A DNA stretch of 64,000 nucleotides. Origin: an uncultured Verrucomicrobiae bacterium (GTDB lineage Bacteria > Verrucomicrobiota > Verrucomicrobiia > Chthoniobacterales > JAATET01). Every line of letters begins with the position of its first letter. The stretch's first letter is position 1. Made by a program: the position numbers and the translations under genes. The notes below the pieces were generated by a model, which saw only the letters and a list, made by a program, of their open reading frames with translations, was not told the origin of the DNA and made no database searches. Positions 60,016 through 64,000 of the stretch are shown here, in pieces. Where the stretch lies: assembly GCA_963719495.1 (NCBI GenBank), contig CAVRCI010000007.1:162987-226986 (forward strand), written 5' to 3'.

Positions 60016-60783
60016 CTAGTCGCCCACCTGAGCGGCGAAATCGCGCTTCTTGACCTCATCCTCTTCAAGCGCTCGAGCGCTACCGTCGGCCATAATCGCG
60101 TTGCACGTCGTTTCAAAGTGCGGGAAAGACAGTCCGCCCATCACACCAAGGTCCGAAGAGGCGACGGGTTGATCCAACTGATCTCGCGCGATTGGGTTGA
60201 ATAGGTACTGGGGCCGCCAGAGCGTTACGTCCGGGAGATTATTATTATTGGGATTCTGAGTCGCGTCCGCCACCATGATCACCTTGCTCGGCTGCGAGAG
60301 GCTGAAGGTGCGGAGCGGGGCACGGTAATAGGGATCGCTGGGATCCTGGTAGCTCGGCGCAAGCCAGCCATGGACGGAATACGTGAAGGCCCAACTGTCG
60401 CTCTCATTATCCACCGGGAGCTCGGCCGCAGGACAGACCCACACCGTTCGGTCTCCCCGTGTGTTCTGACCGAGGTAGGGAATCACCCGCTGAACCCACG
60501 ACTGGACGTTGTTCCCGTCCGGGTCCTCCGCGGCCGATTCCGTCCAGCCAAAGGGGTATTTCCCATCGTGATCCGCCGCATAACCGAGGATACCGACCGA
60601 GACTTGCCGAAGGTTCGACATGCAGGCGGCTGATCGAGCTGATTCCATCACCCGCGACGAGACGGGGACGATCAACGCCATCAGAACGGCCATGATCGAA
60701 ACAACCACCAGCATCTCGATCAGCGTGAAACCGTGAACTCGGTCGTTCACAATAAGGGTAAGCTTGGGGGGATGGTGGTTCAT
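60016..60783 (-). CDS. Prepilin-type N-terminal / H-X9-DG protein
   Basis: GFTLIEMLVV, CMSNLRQ, PHFETTCNAIMADG. Confidence 0.9.
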   Translation of the reverse strand: MNHHPPKLTLIVNDRVHGFTLIEMLVVVSIMAVLMALIVPVSSRVMESARSAACMSNLRQVSVGILGYAADHDGKYPFGWTESAAEDPDGNNVQSWVQRVIPYLGQNTRGDRTVWVCPAAELPVDNESDSWAFTYSVHGWLAPSYQDPSDPYYRAPLRTFSLSQPSKVIMVADATQNPNNNNLPDVTLWRPQYLFNPIARDQLDQPVASSDLGVMGGLSFPHFETTCNAIMADGSARALEEDEVKKRDFAAQVGD

Positions 60784-61253
60784 AAGTCTTTATTTGAGGG
60801 GCGTCGAAAACAACCTCCTCTGAACTACCTGCGTCCAATCCGAAATTCAATTGAGATAACGCGCTGAATTTGATTTTCTGTGGCTATTTGCGAGACGGAG
60901 CATGTCGTTTGTCCAGTTGGGGGAACGAAGTCTAGCGTCAGCGAGAGAAACGCCAGCCAAGGAAGTCCGAACCGGAAAGGATCCGGACGTTCTTGATCCG
61001 AGAAAAGCTGGAGAAAGGAAGCTACCCAAAGCATGGACGCTCTAACTCACGGCCATACGGTCCAAACTTGTCAGGACTCGCCCTAGGGTCGATTAATCGA
61101 TCCAAAACCGGACATAACACGCACGAATTATAAATTTTCGCACGCCGTAATAATTGATTCTCCGGTCTGCGTTTGTTTATAGTCCGACAGAGATCAACAG
61201 ATCCGCAGTCGAAATGCCGGAATTAAACGGCTCAACCAAATCCAATCCCAGAA

Positions 61254-61988
61254 ATGAAAGCACGCACCCTCAGCATCGCACTTGTCACGGCAGCCACCGC
61301 TCTAGCGGCGGCGAATCCACTCTCAGCCGCCCTCTACTCCCAGGACTTCGAAAGCGTCATCACGCCACAGACCGCCGACGGTTCCGCCTTGGCTGCTTTC
61401 TGGACTTTCTACGGGAGTGCGTCGACCACGCAGACGGGCACAATCATCGACGATTCGGGGAACAATCTCCTCAGCCTGAATACTGACTCCACCAGCGCCA
61501 CGAATTGGCAGACGGCGGGGACGATCGACCTCGGTTCCGCGGGATTTGCGAGTCTCTCGTCGACAGCGTTGGCGGACAATTCCATCTTCGCGAACCTGTC
61601 GGGCTCGGGCTTCACGGGTGCTGACGCCGCCATGAAAATCGAGTTCGTTCAGCGCAACGGCGCTTCTGACGTCATCTTCGGAGCGGGGTTCATCGTCAAC
61701 ATCAACACAACTCCATCCAACTATGGCGGCTCATTCGACAACGCCTCTTACGTCTACGGACTTGGTGGAGGTTCGTCATTGCCTGTCCTCAATCCAGACT
61801 CCCAATCAATCGTCATATCCTACGAAAATTTCGGTAGCGGAAACTGGGGTCAAAATGCGAACAACATTGTCGGTATCGACGACGTCACGCTGACCAGTGT
61901 CCCCGAGCCACACTCGATGGCATTGATTATCGCAGGCGCATCTCTTCTGGCGCTTCGCCGCAAACGTCGCGCGACCGCTGGAGCCTGA
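61254..61988 (+). CDS. PEP-CTERM surface protein
   Basis: Signal peptide; VPEPHSMALIIAGASLLALRRKRR. Confidence 0.92.
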   Translation: MKARTLSIALVTAATALAAANPLSAALYSQDFESVITPQTADGSALAAFWTFYGSASTTQTGTIIDDSGNNLLSLNTDSTSATNWQTAGTIDLGSAGFASLSSTALADNSIFANLSGSGFTGADAAMKIEFVQRNGASDVIFGAGFIVNINTTPSNYGGSFDNASYVYGLGGGSSLPVLNPDSQSIVISYENFGSGNWGQNANNIVGIDDVTLTSVPEPHSMALIIAGASLLALRRKRRATAGA

Positions 61989-62009
61989 TTCCGAAACAGA
62001 ATCGAATCC

Positions 62010-62048
62010 AACCCAGTGGTGCCATTCGCGCCACTGGGTTTTTCTTTT
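62010..62048 (+). terminator. Rho-independent terminator
   Basis: AACCCAGTGGTGC-CATTC-GCGCCACTGGGTT followed by TTTCTTTT. Confidence 0.8.
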
Positions 62049-62070
62049 ACCAAGCTAACTTGGCTTCCAG

Positions 62071-62937
62071 TTAACCGACTTTCGTGTGCTGATGCCGGTA
62101 ACCGAGGGCCGTCGTCCCGAATCGTTTTTTGAAAGCGACGCAGAAGGCCGAGCTACTCCCGAATCCCGCTTTGTCGGCGACCTCCCCGATGGGCAGAGGC
62201 GTATCCCGTAACAATCGTGTCGCCTCATCAAGCCGCAATTGCCGCAGGACCTCACTTGGGTTGCGTCGCCAGATCCTTTTGAGCCGCCGCGAGAGGTAGG
62301 ACCGCGAATACCCCATGCGTTCTGCGAATTCCTTCACCGACCCTCGGCTAAGAGAAAGCAATTCCAAAGAATTCGCATCCAAGTCTTCGAGATGGACACC
62401 CTTCGGAAGCTGCTTCTCACAGGAGCTCCACCAAACATTCAACCACTTGAACACTTCGACCGACCAGAATTGGGCGGGTCGCTCACTTCGCTCGCTCGCC
62501 AGGCGGCACAGAGCCCGCGCAGCCTGCACTGCCTTGCAGCGACTGGGCAATTCGTAAGTCTGTCCAAACTGGTGCGTCAGGTAATCGAAAAGCTCCATGG
62601 CCGCCGCGCCCGTGACACCAATGTAAATTCGCCGCCAAGGAAGGCCCTTTTTGTGGTAAACGAGAGTCCCCCGAGCGGGTTGATGCACCGCCAGCACCGA
62701 GCCTGCACCGAGTCGGGTCACGCGTCCCCGCTCCTCATATTCCACGTAGCCGCTCAGCGTGTAAACCCACATTCCCTGAGGGATCGGGGAGAAGAAAAAC
62801 GGGTTAGGCGGGCGCATGATCCGTTCAACACCATCGGAACATCCGAGAATTCGGCACGCAGGCCCCTCCCAATTCTCCGAGTGCGGAAAACTGTGAGATT
62901 CCGCTGGATCCGCTCTCGACTGGAGTAACGAAGACAC
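62071..62937 (-). CDS. AraC-family regulator
   Basis: YSRSYLSRRLK...LRLDEATRLL..IGEVADKAGFGSSSAFCVAFKK. Start uncertain. Confidence 0.88.
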   Translation of the reverse strand: MSSLLQSRADPAESHSFPHSENWEGPACRILGCSDGVERIMRPPNPFFFSPIPQGMWVYTLSGYVEYEERGRVTRLGAGSVLAVHQPARGTLVYHKKGLPWRRIYIGVTGAAAMELFDYLTHQFGQTYELPSRCKAVQAARALCRLASERSERPAQFWSVEVFKWLNVWWSSCEKQLPKGVHLEDLDANSLELLSLSRGSVKEFAERMGYSRSYLSRRLKRIWRRNPSEVLRQLRLDEATRLLRDTPLPIGEVADKAGFGSSSAFCVAFKKRFGTTALGYRHQHTKVG

Positions 62938-63231
62938 GCGGTCAACGTAAATTGCATCGGCATCAGAAACAAAGACTTCTTCAGCGTGGAGCGCAAAAAA
63001 ATCAAACCTCGCTTACATGAGAGATGCTTCCGAATCACTTACTCGTATACGGGTAAACGATCCACAACCACCTCGGCGATTGACCGACAATGCCGGTTAC
63101 TCTCAAGGCAATTCCGGGCGTTTGCGTTTCTCGAATCCTTTTCCTCGGTCAATCCCTCTTGATAATTTATCCAACGGCAGGCCGGGGGGTGTGGGGATAG
63201 GGAAGAGACTAACGGGAGCAGAGAGGCGGCC

Positions 63232-64000
63232 TCAATGTTGCGCGCCCGTCCATCCATCGCCGCACGGGCCACCACCAGCATAGACCTTGACTTCACTCAC
63301 GACCTCACCCTGCATATTGAGTACTGGATGGTAGAAGCGGGCAACCTGTTCTGAAGCTTCGTCGATGTAATGACCGATGAAAGTGCGTCGACTGCGGTCC
63401 TTCGTCCGATTTGGACCCGATCCGTGAATCAGATTCCCGCCAAAGAACATCGTCGACCCTCGCGGCACCGGCACGGCGATCGGTTTGCGCTCCCGGGGGA
63501 ACTTTGAGATGTGGGAATCTCCGTAATTCATCCACCGCTCGCGACTTCCTTCCTCAGGACAGAGGATATCGCCGTGGTTCGATCCCGGCACGACCCACAG
63601 GCACCCATTATCGATGTCGGCGTCGTCGATTGCCGTCCAAGCTGCGATGCACGTCGCGGGTTTGCACAAGAGATAGAAGTTATCCTGGTGCATTCCCTGC
63701 CCCTTGGCTCCCGGGGGCTTGAAGTAATACATCGTCTGTGCGCCAAGCGCGGGACACCCGAATAGCCCCTCGAGCACTTGGGCGACTTTGGAATTCAGAA
63801 ACCATTCTCGTGCCCGCTCGCTATGACGATGCGGGTGCATCGCACGCACTTGATGCAGACTGGGATCGGTTTCTTCGTAGGTCGTGCCACCGTCGAAAAC
63901 GCTCGCGCCATTAAGTTTGTAGTCCTCGAAGAAATGCTCGATGTCCTGAATCTCAGACTCGTCGAACAATCCGTCGACAACGCAGTATCCATCGGCGAGA
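63232..64000 (-). CDS. PhyH-family Fe(II)/2-oxoglutarate dioxygenase (5' end outside window)
   Basis: Frame open to the edge (LADGYCVVDGLF); HQD, DNGCL, HGSGPN...RR. Confidence 0.92.
   Translation of the reverse strand, partial: LADGYCVVDGLFDESEIQDIEHFFEDYKLNGASVFDGGTTYEETDPSLHQVRAMHPHRHSERAREWFLNSKVAQVLEGLFGCPALGAQTMYYFKPPGAKGQGMHQDNFYLLCKPATCIAAWTAIDDADIDNGCLWVVPGSNHGDILCPEEGSRERWMNYGDSHISKFPRERKPIAVPVPRGSTMFFGGNLIHGSGPNRTKDRSRRTFIGHYIDEASEQVARFYHPVLNMQGEVVSEVKVYAGGGPCGDGWTGAQH

Noticed and set aside
1..64000. CRISPR array, cas genes, rRNA, IS transposase, phage structural genes
   Set aside because: No regularly spaced repeat-spacer array or recognisable motifs seen by eye.

Overview
High-GC bacterial chromosome segment; PEP-CTERM proteins and prepilin/H-X9-DG proteins suggest a Verrucomicrobia-type (PVC) organism (inference). 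It has four parts. (1) 1-10.6 kb: a sigma-54-linked catabolic locus with gamma-glutamyltransferase, a prepilin-like protein, an NtrC-type activator whose receiver lacks the phospho-Asp, an exported enolase-superfamily enzyme, a diaminopentanoate-dehydrogenase-like enzyme, a PEP-CTERM protein, an NhaC-family transporter and pxpABC. (2) 10.6-30.4 kb: mostly housekeeping genes (peroxiredoxin, YhaM-like nuclease, active/inactive Deg protease pair, mnmA, cutA, trpC, ruvB, frr, pyrH, mobA, MOSC, TPR-DUF4331-HupE, argCJB) interspersed with REP-like and heptamer repeats. (3) tRNA-Pro(GGG) followed by a ~17.7 kb lower-GC island with two intact and one broken mini tyrosine recombinases, two coupled large divergent tyrosine-recombinase-like genes, duplicated Fic genes with conserved palindromic operators (one copy has an amber codon at position 6), an AAA+ ATPase module, a membrane J-domain protein and an XRE regulator. 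(4) 48.2-64 kb: a glycan-utilisation locus with a MocD-MocE-reductase triple fusion, GH32-, GH74- and frameshifted GH43-like hydrolases, a GPH transporter, prepilin and PEP-CTERM proteins, two AraC regulators and a PhyH dioxygenase. Best candidates for an undescribed system: the island's coupled large recombinase pair, the sigma-54 gamma-glutamyl/D-amino-acid locus, and the fused oxygenase. All calls come from motif reading only; no database searches were run.
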